A stretch of DNA of 63,266 nt, counting the filler, from Deltaproteobacteria bacterium (lineage in GTDB: Bacteria; JAUYMQ01), in the NCBI GenBank assembly GCA_030698575.1. It is 13 parts of 13 records of this genome, joined end to end, with 100 filler letters (N's around TTAATTAATTAA, not from the genome) between each part and the next. Parts side by side here need not be neighbours in the genome. Positions count along the whole stretch, not along the records: positions 40,066 to 43,797 come from JAUYMQ010000409.1; positions 43,898 to 48,712 come from JAUYMQ010000416.1; positions 48,813 to 55,278 come from JAUYMQ010000418.1; 10 more parts are not named here. The stretch is one strand, 5' to 3'. The notes below the pieces were generated by a model. It worked only from the letters and a program-made list of their open reading frames with translations, was not told the origin of the DNA and ran no database searches. Shown here in pieces: positions 40,066 to 50,375 of the stretch (positions are counted from its first letter, which is position 1; every line of letters begins with the position of its first letter). The position numbers and the translations under genes were made by a program.

Positions 40066-40503
40066 CCTCAGCGAGATCAATTCATCGGGCTCCGCCTTCG
40101 GGTCCCCCTGCCAATCTGGAACCGCAATCAGGGCCGGATCGCCGAGGCGCGCGCCGGCCAGAAGCGTTCGGCGGCGAAACTAGCCGCCGCCGAGCTTGCG
40201 GTGCGCCGAGAGGTGGAGGCGGCGTGGTCTCAGGTGAAGCGGCTCGAGGAGGCGGTGGAGGCCTACCGCGGTGAGTTGATAGGGCTCTCTGATCGCAACG
40301 TTGCCCTCATCAAGTCCGGTTACGCCGACGGGCTGGTGGGAATTACCGAACTCGTGCAGGCCCAGCAGCAGTCCGCGAACATTCGCCAGCGCTATTACGG
40401 GGCACTGGGTCAACTGTGGAAGGCCCGCATCGATCTGCAGACGGCCAGCGTTTCCGACCCTCTCGTGATCGAAACGACCGAGAAACAGCAGGAGAAACCA
40501 TGA
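40066..40503 (+). CDS. TolC/CzcC-like outer membrane efflux protein (partial)
   Basis: PLPIWNRNQGRIAEA motif; upstream of MFP and RND genes. Confidence 0.88.
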   Translation, partial: PQRDQFIGLRLRVPLPIWNRNQGRIAEARAGQKRSAAKLAAAELAVRREVEAAWSQVKRLEEAVEAYRGELIGLSDRNVALIKSGYADGLVGITELVQAQQQSANIRQRYYGALGQLWKARIDLQTASVSDPLVIETTEKQQEKP

Positions 40504-41684
40504 AGATGCCCGTCAAGATAAAGTTCGCCCGCTTGCTTGGGGGCATCGCATTCGTCCTCGCGGCGCTCCTCGTGATGCCGGCCGGCCCGAAAGCCCACGA
40601 GGGTCACACGGCTGCGCCCGGGGGCGAAAGCGCCTCGCTCGCGGAGGGTCTGGTGCGCATCAGCCCCGAGGCGCGCAAGAATCTCGACCTCCGGACGGAA
40701 GCTGCCGAGCTGCGGCCCATCGAGAAGGTCCTCACGACGGTAGGGCGAATTGCGCCCATCCCTGAGCGATCGGGCGCTGTCTCGAGCCGCATCTCGGGCC
40801 GCGTTGTCGATCTGATGAGCCACGAAGGCGCGAAGGTCGAGCGCGGCCAGCCGATGGTGCGAGTGGAAAGCCGCCAGCTCGGGAGCCCGCCGCCCAGCGT
40901 CACCTATCGCGCGCCGCTATCGGGAGTCGTGACCGATCGGCACGTGGTCGTCGGCGACAGTGTGGAACCGGCCACCCATCTGTTCGAGCTGGCTGATCTG
41001 AGGGAGGTCTACGCCGTAGCGAAGGTCTTCGAAGGACAGATCGGCCAGGTTCGGCAGGGTGCCAAGGCGAGGGTGCGCGTGGACGGCTATTCGGATGAGG
41101 TCTTCGAGGGATCGATCGAGCGGACGGCAGGTGAACTCGACAGGACATCGGGGAGCCTTGATGTGTACGTGCGTCTGGTGAACGAGAAAGAACGCCTTCT
41201 TCCGGGAATGACGGCCTCGGTGGCTATCGTAATTGCCGAATCCGATGTAGCGGTGACGATTCCCGAGGCGGCCGTCCTGGGAGATTCAGGACGCAACTTC
41301 GCCTTCGTGCAGGGAGAGGATCCGCTCAGCTTCGAGCGCAGGGAACTTGTTCTGGGCCTCGCGGACGATCGCTACCAGGAGGTGATCGAGGGAATCCTCC
41401 CGGGCGACGAGGTGGTCGTGCGAGGGAATTACCAGCTTCAGTACATCCCCGGCTCGCCGGCCTCCAAGAACGACGAGCACGAGGAACAAACGGGTACGAA
41501 GGCTCTGGACAAGGTCGACGTGGATCACGAGGCCTCGGCGGGCCAGGAGCCCGCCTCCGGGTCTACGCCGGGGCCCGGCCAGGCGCGATGGGTATGGGCC
41601 GCCGGGGCGGTAGGAATTCTCGCAATCCTCTGGCTCGGAGTCCGGGCGCGTCGCGCTAGACACTCCTCCGTCCGGGAGGCCTAG
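40500..41684 (+). CDS. Heavy-metal RND periplasmic adaptor (CzcB/CusB-like)
   Basis: Signal peptide + HEGH; APLSGVV, LFELADL, LLPGM; extra C-terminal hydrophobic helix. Confidence 0.92.
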   Translation: MKMPVKIKFARLLGGIAFVLAALLVMPAGPKAHEGHTAAPGGESASLAEGLVRISPEARKNLDLRTEAAELRPIEKVLTTVGRIAPIPERSGAVSSRISGRVVDLMSHEGAKVERGQPMVRVESRQLGSPPPSVTYRAPLSGVVTDRHVVVGDSVEPATHLFELADLREVYAVAKVFEGQIGQVRQGAKARVRVDGYSDEVFEGSIERTAGELDRTSGSLDVYVRLVNEKERLLPGMTASVAIVIAESDVAVTIPEAAVLGDSGRNFAFVQGEDPLSFERRELVLGLADDRYQEVIEGILPGDEVVVRGNYQLQYIPGSPASKNDEHEEQTGTKALDKVDVDHEASAGQEPASGSTPGPGQARWVWAAGAVGILAILWLGVRARRARHSSVREA

Positions 41685-41686
41685 AC

Positions 41687-43797
41687 ATGCTGAACCGGAT
41701 GATCGAGTTCTCTTTGCGCAATCGCCTCTTTGTGATTGCCGCGTCCATCATGATCGTCATTTACGGCGGGATCGTCGCGGCGAATCTCCCGGTTGATGTG
41801 TTCCCGGATCTCAACCGGCCCACGGTCACTATTCTGACGGAAGCCCCCGGCCTCGCGCCTGAGGAGGTCGAGACCCTGGTCACGTGGCCGCTGGAAACCT
41901 CTCTCAATGGCGCGCCCGACGTTCGTCGTGTGCGCTCCAGTTCGGGCATCGGGCTTTCCGTGGTTTTCGTAGAGTTTGACTGGGGCACCGATATTTATCG
42001 TGACCGTCAGTTGATTCAGGAAAGGCTTCAGATAGCGAGGGAACAGCTCCCCGAAGGAGTGGCTCCGGTCATGGGGCCGATCTCATCGATCATGGGCGAA
42101 ATCATGCTCATCGGACTGTCGAGTGATAGCGGAACTGTTTCGCCACGGGCTCTGCGGTCTCTTGCGGACTGGACCATCCGGCAGCGGCTTCTCACCATCC
42201 CCGGTGTTTCCCAGGTTATCCCGATCGGCGGAGGCGTGAAGCAGTACCAGGTCCTGGTCTCCCCTCAGAAGCTCGCGTTCTACGACGTAAGTTTGCAGGA
42301 GGTTGAGGAAACCGCATCGAAATCGCAGATGAACACGGCGGGGGGTTTCCTGGAAACCGCGAATCGCGAGGCGCTCATCCGTAACATCGGTCGGACCAGC
42401 TCCATCGATGACATCGGGGATTCCGTCATTCGAATGAGGGGCGAGACGCCCCTCCTTCTCAAGGACGTCGCGACCGTCAAGATAGGTGACCGCGTGAAGC
42501 GGGGGGACGCCGGGGTGAACGGCGGGCCGGCGGTGATCCTTTCCGTTCAGAAGCAGCCGGGCGTGGATACCATCTCGCTGACGCGGAAGGTTGAAGGCGC
42601 GCTTGACGAGATAGGGGCGTCCCTGCCGAAAGGCGTCGAGATAAAACTCCTCTTCAAGCAAGCGAACTTCATTCAGGCCGCGATTTCGAACGTGGAAGAG
42701 GCCATCCGGGACGGCGCCATCATGGTCGTCATCGTCCTGTTTCTATTCTTGCTCAACGTCCGGACGACGCTCATCACCTTGACCGCGATCCCCCTGTCTT
42801 TTCTGGCCACGGCGATCGTCTTTCATTATCTCGATATCACCATCAACACGATGACCCTCGGCGGTCTAGCCGTGGCCATAGGCATGGTCGTCGACGACGC
42901 CATCGTGGACGTCGAAAACGTCTTCAGGCGGTTGCGTGAAAACCGCCACAAGCCGAAACCGAGGCCCCCCCTGAGGGTCATCGCCAGCGCCTCGGCCGAA
43001 GTCAGAAATTCCATCCTGTTTGCGACCCTCTTGATCATCCTCGTGTTCATTCCCCTCTTCGGGCTGGGTGGAATCGAGGGGCGTCTCTTCGCGCCAATCG
43101 GAATCGCCACCATCATCTCGATGATCGCATCGTTCATCGTCTCGCTGACGGTGATTCCGGCGCTTTGCTCATATCTCCTTCCGCAAATGCGACGCATGGC
43201 GAGCGAGTCAGACGGCTGGCTTGTCCGCAAGTTGAAAGAATTCGACCGGAGGTTCGTTCTCGGCCCGGCGCTCCGCCGGCCGGGCCTGGTTGTTCTCATA
43301 GCAACGATTCTTGTGGTCAGCGGCCTCGCTCTCTATCCCCTCATGGGGAAGGAGTTCCTTCCGGAATTCAACGAGGGTACCGTGACCGTGAACTTGTTGG
43401 CGGCGCCGGGCACGTCGCTCAGCGAGTCGAATCGGATCGGAAGCGTGGCCGAGAAGCTGCTGCTCAAGATACCGGAAGTCGTCTCGACGGGACGGAGGAC
43501 TGGGCGTGCTGAGCTGGACGAGCACGCGGAGGGAGTCCACTACACGGAGATCGATCTGGATCTACGCGGGTCGGAGAGGTCCAGAGAAGCCATTCTGGAG
43601 GATATTCGATCACGCCTGTCCCAGATTCCGGGCACGGCCTTGAACGTCGGCCAGCCGATTTCCCACCGTCTGGATCACATGCTTTCGGGCGTCCGCGCGC
43701 AACTCGCGGTCAAAGTTTTCGGCCCCGACCTCGATGTCTTGAGGGCGAAGGCGGCGGAGATCGAGGCGGTGATGGCGCCCACTCCAGGGATCGTCGA
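41687..43797 (+). CDS. CzcA/CusA-family heavy-metal RND permease (partial)
   Basis: [52 protein letters not shown]. Confidence 0.96.
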
Positions 43798-43897
43798 NNN
43801 NNNNNNNNNNNNNNNNNNNNNNNNNNNNNNNNNNNNNNNNNTTAATTAATTAANNNNNNNNNNNNNNNNNNNNNNNNNNNNNNNNNNNNNNNNNNNN

Positions 43898-44195
43898 CGG
43901 GGACAACAGCTACTACGTCACCGACGGCAAAGTGACGATCGCGCTGCGGCCGTGGGACATGGTGAAGTACCGCGGGCTGATGGCGGGACTCGACCACTTC
44001 GGCTTCCAAGTAGAGAACCTCGAAGAGGCCAAGAAGGATATCGAGAATCTTCCCACCACCGCGCCCGGCTCCAACGCGAGAAAAATCACTATCGGCCGCG
44101 ACGGCGAGACGCGGCAAACAAATCTCCAAGGCTGCAAGCTCTGCAAGCACGCGCTGGCGGATCCGGATGGGGTGTTGCTGGATTTGACGGACTGA
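43898..44195 (+). CDS. VOC/glyoxalase-like protein, C-terminal fragment
   Basis: GLDHFGFQVENLEE and DPDGVLLDL motifs. Confidence 0.8.
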
Positions 44196-44439
44196 AAGTT
44201 CGCTGACGTTCAAACGATTCTGCAGTTACCGATCGAGCACACCGTCCCCCCTCGACAAAGTTCACAATTGGAGCTTCGCGGAACAAGCGAGACGCGAGTC
44301 GGGAAACGCAGGCGAGGCAAGATAAGCCCGTCGATCAATTCGCGTAAATGAAAAAGTACTCAGCGCCGGGTATTCTCCATGTTTTGAATCGAGGCGGGAA
44401 GGGAGTTCGGAGTCCGGCGGATGGAGATTGAGCAAAGCT

Positions 44440-44600
44440 TAAGCTGTGCAGGTATATTGACGCTATACTGACCGAGGATATTGGTTATACCTGTGAATAA
44501 AAATAGTTGACAACCCATTGATCGAAAGAGTAATTCTCGCATTACGGTAATGTCTGTGAAGTTAATATCACTGGTCAGTATACTCATTGGTTATACGGCA
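44440..44600 (+). other. AT-rich attI-like recombination/regulatory region
   Basis: GTATACT-CATTG-GTTATAC simple-site geometry (44578-44596); ATTGGTTATAC repeated at 44480 and 44586; LexA-like CTGT-N8-ATAG at 44491-44506; TTGACA at 44507. Confidence 0.45.
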
Positions 44601-44773
44601 CCTCTGCATCGACTCAATGCATGATTCGTTAATCGCGCTCGCGGAGCGACTCATCGCGAATGGACGCGCCGGCAGGGACGATCGAATCGAGGCCGAACTA
44701 CGCCAACAAAAGGCCGCGCTCTATCTCGCCTATCGTCCCGATCCGAGTCCATGCCAATTGTGAGCTCTCCACC

Positions 44774-46843
44774 ATGATCCGAGCGTTCGTCTCCTCGACC
44801 TACCGCGATCTCAAGGACCACCGCGCGTACGTCATCGACAGGCTCTTGCGCGGCGGCATCTTCGTCGACCCGATGGAGAAGTGGACGGCCGCGGACGACG
44901 AGCCGAAAGCCCTCTCGCAGGAGCGGGTCCGGGACTGCCAGCTCTGCATCCTGCTCGTCGGCTTCCGGCGCGGCCACGTACCGGAAGCCGAGGTGCGAAG
45001 CGTGACCCAGCTCGAATACGCGGAGGCGCTGAGGCGCGGCATCGAGGTGCTGGTGTTCATGGCGAACGAGCAGGCCGACTGGCCTGTCGAATCGATCGCC
45101 GCGCTCGGCGGCGATCCTGAAATCGTGCGCTGGCGGGCCGAGCTTAAGGAGCACAAGACCGTCGGGTTCTTCACTCCGCGGCCTGAATCGATCGATGTGG
45201 ACGCGGCCGTCAACCGGTGGCTGCAGGAGCGCCTGCCGGCGCAAGGCGAGGGCAAGCCTGATGACTTGGACGCGGCTATACACACGGTCGAGATCCGGGC
45301 GCACAGCAACTCCGACGGCGTGCTGCTCGTCTGGCGCACGGAGCGGCCGATCCCGAATTGCCTCGGCTTCGCGCTCTACGGCGAGAGGCTCGGGGACGCG
45401 GGCATAACGCGCTACGTCATGAAGAACCGCTTGGTACTCGAGCGCTCGATGAAAGTGGGCTCCGGCTTTCTAGACAGCACGAAGAACCCGATCCAGAATT
45501 TCAGGTGGCTGGCGCGCGTGCCGGGTGAGGCCCGGTACCGTGTCGCACCCGTGCTCGGCGCGCCCGGCAATCTCGCCGAACCGAGCGAGCAACAGGCCGG
45601 GAGCGCCTGGACAGGCTGGGTCTCTCCCCTCGCGGGCGGCAACCCCGGGTGCCGTGCCTTCTTCAGCGCTCCACTCTGGTCGGCGACTCGGTTACGCCAG
45701 GGTCGCGCGGACGTGGACGAGCACGTGCTGCGCGGTAGCCGGGGACGCGCCTCTGAGTTGCGCAGCAACCTAGGCAGTGGGCTGCGCCGCCGGATCCTGG
45801 AGTTGCTCACTGCCGCGAAGGCGGCGGACCGGCACGTATACGCTGTCCTGTCCGGCCTCGACGATCCGGACTTGGCGCGCGCGCTCGCGGCCCTGGGCCA
45901 AAACGCCCGCGTCGTCCTTCCTGCGGCCGCGTTCGGCGGGCGTGTCACCAAGCCGCTGAAGGACGCCAGCGTTCGCGTCTATGCGTGCGAGAAAGCCGCC
46001 GCCACGGCGCGCAGCAACTTCCTCGTGTCGTGCGACCGGTGGGGAACGCCGCTCAGCGTCTTGACCGGAAGCGCCGCGTGGACCATCGACGCGCTGTGCC
46101 TGCGCTCGAACAACGCCGTCTTCATGGAATCGGTGCCTCTTGCGCGCGCTTATCTCGACCGCTGGGAGGATCTCGCGTGTCCCGCCGGGGTCCGCGGGCT
46201 GCGCCGCGAGCGAATCACCCGCTCGCCTGTCCACATTCGCGAGGCCGAGATGGCGCTGACGCTCTGGAACACTCCCACGCGGGGCAACGGAGACCTGCGG
46301 GATGCCAAGCGTCTCATTCGGGGCGCCCGGCAGGGCGTGCTCTTTGCGGTGAACCGGGCGCGCGTCGCCCCGGAGATGATGGAAGAGATATTAAGTCGGC
46401 TCGCCGACAAGGATCTCTTCATCGAGGGCTTGTCGTGGTCCGAGGGCCGCAGCGGCTACGAATACCGTGTCAACGACGACCGCCGCGTCATTACGCTGGC
46501 CGGTTCAAAACCTGGAATCACCAGCACGATCGTCCTCGTGGATCCATTCGGGCCACATCCGGTCGTGATGACCGGATCCCACGATCTCGGTGCCGCCACG
46601 AGCTCGAGGCGCTACGCGGACCTCCTGATCATCGAGAACGTGCCGGGCCTCGCGGCCGAGTACGCAGTGCACCTTGTGGGCATGTTCGACCACCTGCGGT
46701 TCCGGACGTGGCAGGCCACCGCGCGCCGGACGAGAGCCCTCGTGTTGCTGAAGCCCACTCCTGCATGGCAGGACCGCTACTTCAAATCCGCGAAGCGCAG
46801 CGAGTTCAACTTCTTCTTCGGATCCCTCTCGCCGCGGCTGTAA
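44774..46843 (+). CDS. DUF4062 domain fused to a phospholipase D-like region lacking both HxK motifs
   Basis: N-term FVSSTYRDL...ILLVG.R.G...SVTQLEY (DUF4062); C-term VLTGSAAWT..NN and VDPFG.HPVVMTGSH.LG..LLII PLD-like repeats. Confidence 0.8.
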   Translation: MIRAFVSSTYRDLKDHRAYVIDRLLRGGIFVDPMEKWTAADDEPKALSQERVRDCQLCILLVGFRRGHVPEAEVRSVTQLEYAEALRRGIEVLVFMANEQADWPVESIAALGGDPEIVRWRAELKEHKTVGFFTPRPESIDVDAAVNRWLQERLPAQGEGKPDDLDAAIHTVEIRAHSNSDGVLLVWRTERPIPNCLGFALYGERLGDAGITRYVMKNRLVLERSMKVGSGFLDSTKNPIQNFRWLARVPGEARYRVAPVLGAPGNLAEPSEQQAGSAWTGWVSPLAGGNPGCRAFFSAPLWSATRLRQGRADVDEHVLRGSRGRASELRSNLGSGLRRRILELLTAAKAADRHVYAVLSGLDDPDLARALAALGQNARVVLPAAAFGGRVTKPLKDASVRVYACEKAAATARSNFLVSCDRWGTPLSVLTGSAAWTIDALCLRSNNAVFMESVPLARAYLDRWEDLACPAGVRGLRRERITRSPVHIREAEMALTLWNTPTRGNGDLRDAKRLIRGARQGVLFAVNRARVAPEMMEEILSRLADKDLFIEGLSWSEGRSGYEYRVNDDRRVITLAGSKPGITSTIVLVDPFGPHPVVMTGSHDLGAATSSRRYADLLIIENVPGLAAEYAVHLVGMFDHLRFRTWQATARRTRALVLLKPTPAWQDRYFKSAKRSEFNFFFGSLSPRL

Positions 46844-46871
46844 GCCGCCTGTGGAGAGAGGGGTCAGATCC

Positions 46872-48380
46872 GAATGGCACTTACTTAAGGATAAGCACCT
46901 GAACTGATTGTTGCAAAAGGCTGGCTCGATGAGCGATAAGGTGGAGTTGCCAAACGCCCACCCATCACTCAAGGAGCCAGCCCGAATGCATGATGCTATT
47001 CGCAACGCACGCGCGCAACAACGACAAGTTCGCTCGCAGGTCCGTGAAAGCGATGCCTATGGCTTTTTCAATCTGCTGACGGGGCCGGAATTGTTCGACA
47101 AAGTCGAGTCGTTGTTGCCGCCGCATCGGGAACGGCGATTTCCGCCGACTGAGACGCTGTCGATGTTTCTGGCCCAGGCGCTGAGCGCGGATCGATCCTG
47201 CCAGAAGGCGGTAGACGAGGCGGCGATCAAGCGCCTGGCCGCAGGACTCACGCCGTGCAGTACGCATACGGGGGCGTACTGCCGTGCGCGTCTGCGCTTG
47301 CCGACGGAAATGGTGCATACGCTGGCGGGATACGTAGGCCAATGTGTGACGGCACACGCACCCGATGCCTGGCACTGGCGGGGTCGCCCGGTGCGCTTGG
47401 TGGACGGCACGACGCTGGTGATGCCCGACACCCCGGCCAACCAGGCCGCTTACCCGCAAGCGCGCAGCCAGAAGTCCGGACTGGGCTTCCCGCTGTGTCG
47501 GATGGTGGGCCTGGTGTGCTTGGGAAGTGGCGCCGTGCTCCAAGCCGCAATCGGCCACTATCGGGGCAAGGGCGGCGATGAACAGTCGTTGCTGCGTTCG
47601 ATCCTCGACACCCTGGAACGCGGCGACCTGTTGCTTGGCGATGCGTTCTACGCCACGTATTTCCTGCTGTGCACCTTGCGTGAACGGGGCATCGATGCGG
47701 TGTTTGAACAACACGGTTCGCGCCAACGCACCACGGACTTTCGCTGCGGTCAGCGCCTCGGTGTGCGCGACCACCTGATGCTGCTGCCAAAGCCGGTCAC
47801 CAAACCCGACTGGATGAGCCAGGCCGACTACGAGCAGGCCCCGCAGAGCCTGACTGTGCGTGAGCTGCGCACCGGGGGCAAGACGCTGGTGACAACGCTG
47901 CTTTGCCCGAAGCTCACCGACAAAGCCGCCTTGAGAGCCCTTTACCGCGACCGCTGGCATGTGGAACTCGATCTACGCAACATCAAGACCACCCTGGGGA
48001 TGGACCGACTGAGCTGCCAGACGCCCGCCATGGCGATCAAGGAAATCTGGGTCTACCTGCTCGCCTACAATCTCATCCGCCTGATGATGGCCCAGGCCGC
48101 CTGGCTGGCCCATCGACTGCCGCGCCAACTCAGCTTCAAGCACACCGTGCAAATCTGGATCGCCTGGACTTACCACGCCAACCGAATCGACGACGACAAG
48201 CTCTATGGCTTGTTTGTCCTCATCGCCCAACAACACGTCGGTGAGCGCCCCGGCCGTATCGAGCCCCGCGCGCTCAAACGACGACTTAAACCCTATCCGT
48301 TGCTTACCATACCGCGCGCGACTGCACGCGCGCATGTCCGAGAACATGGTCACCCGGAAAAGCTTAAGTAAGTGCCATTC
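46872..48380 (+). mobile_element. Complete IS4-family insertion sequence (1509 bp)
   Basis: Perfect 18-bp terminal IRs GAATGGCACTTACTTAAG (46872-46889, 48363-48380); 11-bp target duplication GGGTCAGATCC (46861-46871, 48381-48391). Confidence 0.95.
46986..48371 (+). CDS. IS4-family DDE transposase
   Basis: VDGT, GDAFY, YRDRWHVELDLRNIK (YREK motif), LLAYNLIR; AAGGAG RBS; stop inside right IR. Confidence 0.95.
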   Translation: MHDAIRNARAQQRQVRSQVRESDAYGFFNLLTGPELFDKVESLLPPHRERRFPPTETLSMFLAQALSADRSCQKAVDEAAIKRLAAGLTPCSTHTGAYCRARLRLPTEMVHTLAGYVGQCVTAHAPDAWHWRGRPVRLVDGTTLVMPDTPANQAAYPQARSQKSGLGFPLCRMVGLVCLGSGAVLQAAIGHYRGKGGDEQSLLRSILDTLERGDLLLGDAFYATYFLLCTLRERGIDAVFEQHGSRQRTTDFRCGQRLGVRDHLMLLPKPVTKPDWMSQADYEQAPQSLTVRELRTGGKTLVTTLLCPKLTDKAALRALYRDRWHVELDLRNIKTTLGMDRLSCQTPAMAIKEIWVYLLAYNLIRLMMAQAAWLAHRLPRQLSFKHTVQIWIAWTYHANRIDDDKLYGLFVLIAQQHVGERPGRIEPRALKRRLKPYPLLTIPRATARAHVREHGHPEKLK

Positions 48381-48563
48381 GGGTCAGATCCTGCTTCTCG
48401 CGCCACTCCAACTCGGTGAGGAAGCAACCGCGTAGCGAGTAATAGGAGTGCCGCGTTTCGGAATCGGTCGTGATCTTGTGCGGGCAGTGATGCGGCGCGC
48501 GGCTCCGATCAGCGAGGCCGCGCCGCCCTCCTCCTCAAACGGCGCTTCTCCAGATCGCGACCT

Positions 48564-48623
48564 TGCCGTATAACCAATAAGGATTGAGACGACTTCAGAA
48601 GTCGTTTCAATCCGGTGTTCAAG
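48564..48623 (+). other. attC-like hairpin
   Basis: TGCCGTATAAC...GGATTGAGACGACTT-CAG-AAGTCGTTTCAATCC...GTT; left end is the reverse complement of the 44586-44600 site. Confidence 0.5.
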
Positions 48624-48812
48624 AAGCCCGTGGTTGAGGCAGCGGCGATCAATATAAGGGTAAAGGTCGTGAAGCGTGGTTTGCGCGGAGGAAAGTGAAG
48701 GTCAGATTGGCCNNNNNNNNNNNNNNNNNNNNNNNNNNNNNNNNNNNNNNNNNNNNTTAATTAATTAANNNNNNNNNNNNNNNNNNNNNNNNNNNNNNNN
48801 NNNNNNNNNNNN

Positions 48813-49237
48813 CCCCTCTCGCCCTTGATCGTCAGCCAGGCACCGCCGGCGCCGTCGGGCTTGACGGTCGCCACGTAATGGACGTTCGCCGCGGGGCGCT
48901 CGAAATCGATCTCGCCCGTAAGATCGGTGCTGTACCAGGGCCCTTTGACGACATAGGCAAGCTTCGTCCCCTTGGCCGGCAGCTTGCCGGCTGGAACGCG
49001 AAGCTGCGCCTGCCCCGCCACCAGGGGCTCGGCCAGGCCGATCGCCGGGATCTCGAACTGCTTCGCCGCCTCCGTGCCCTCGACGTCGATAATCAGCACG
49101 CGATCCGGGCCGCCGCCCTCCATGCGCGCCGAGACATTCGCCGAGGGGCGGGGCAGCAGGAACACCATCGCCGCCCCGGCCGCGAGGGCCAGGAGGATGG
49201 CGATCACGCGGGGTGTGCGCGGAGGCTTTCTGAACAT
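48813..49237 (-). CDS. Hypothetical protein with N-terminal membrane anchor (3' partial)
   Basis: ATG, basic + hydrophobic N-terminus, GC3 bias. Confidence 0.65.
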
Positions 49238-49485
49238 GTACTTGCGTCGACGAATCAGGGGGTTGGGCGCTCGGCAAGCATTTGGTTTTTCAGCGTTCCG
49301 CCCGCGCAGTGCCCGAGCATGGCGCAGGGCAGAGGGGATCCCTCAGTTCGGGGCGCGGGTTGGGGGCGATATTAGGGATGAAGGGGCGGGAGAGTCAAAC
49401 GGGTCGGTGAGGCTCGCGCCTTCGTCGGGATCTCCGGGGCGCGGCTCAAGCCATCCTCAATGAGGAAGTCAAAGGCCGCCTGCGA

Positions 49486-49893
49486 TCATTGATAAACGGC
49501 GTCGGTTTTCGCGGGTCCAGCCTCGGGACGGATGTAGTCTCCCTCGACGTAGAGCGTACGAGGCTGGAAGATGACCCCTCCCCCGATGAAGTAGTTCAGC
49601 ACGCCAGAGATGATTATGTCGAGAATTGTGAACTGAGTCTTGATCTCCGATATCGTCGTCTCTTTCCCGGTCGTTGGAACCAGCCCCCTCGAGGGTTCCT
49701 TCTTCCAAGGGAACAGGCCCCATACGGCAAATCCGCATATCTTCTTCTTGTCAACGTGGCCCGTCGCCTGGCCTGCTTTCAGCGGCATGTGGTTGTAGTA
49801 GACGGTTCCGTCGAACTCGTGCTTCATGTGAAAGCAACCGCTGACACTCACGATGAGCATGATGCATAGAATTCCACGAAGCCGTTTGTTCAT
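49486..49893 (-). CDS. Bor/Iss-like small lipoprotein (paralog 1)
   Basis: Lipobox VSGC; FAVWGL; I.TQFT..D; YQPRT-like end. Confidence 0.7.
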   Translation of the reverse strand: MNKRLRGILCIMLIVSVSGCFHMKHEFDGTVYYNHMPLKAGQATGHVDKKKICGFAVWGLFPWKKEPSRGLVPTTGKETTISEIKTQFTILDIIISGVLNYFIGGGVIFQPRTLYVEGDYIRPEAGPAKTDAVYQ

Positions 49894-49907
49894 TATTTGC
49901 TCGCCCC

Positions 49908-50318
49908 CTATTCGTATACAGCGTCCAGGGGGGCGGGCCCGTATGCGGGATCGATGTAGTCCCCCTCGATTTTGATCGTCCGTGTTTCGTAGATGATGTT
50001 ACCTAGACCAAATGTTGCAAGTGCGATGAAAAATGCCACGAGATGATCCATGGCGGTAAACTGGGTTTCTATTTCCAGATTCGATATTTCACGACCACTT
50101 GATGCAACGAGCGATCGTGTCGGCTCCTGCTCATAGGGGACGAGACCATAAAGCGCGAATCCCATCATTTGCTCTTTGTCCAGGTGTCCCTCTCGTTTGG
50201 CATCCGGTATGCGGTTGAAATAGACCGTCCCATCGAAGCTATGCTTCATGTGGAAGCAGCCACTGGTGGAAATCAGGAAAACAACGGACATTAAAATGGA
50301 CGATGGTTTCGTGACCAT
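49908..50318 (-). CDS. Bor/Iss-like small lipoprotein (paralog 2)
   Basis: GAGGAGG RBS; TSGCFHMKHSFDGTVY nearly identical to paralog 1. Confidence 0.7.
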   Translation of the reverse strand: MVTKPSSILMSVVFLISTSGCFHMKHSFDGTVYFNRIPDAKREGHLDKEQMMGFALYGLVPYEQEPTRSLVASSGREISNLEIETQFTAMDHLVAFFIALATFGLGNIIYETRTIKIEGDYIDPAYGPAPLDAVYE

Positions 50319-50375
50319 GCAGCCTCCTCGGTAGGCAGCGCCAACTTGAACTTTGTCCGCCTCGCCCATCTAGCT

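Noticed and set aside
44196-44587. Possible integron integrase or retron RT upstream of the attI-like site
   Set aside because: Short minus-strand ORFs show no tyrosine recombinase or reverse transcriptase motifs.
48575-48613. GGATTGAGAC / GTTTCAATCC resembling CRISPR repeat ends
   Set aside because: A single inverted pair with no repeat-spacer periodicity and no cas genes; better read as a hairpin recombination site.
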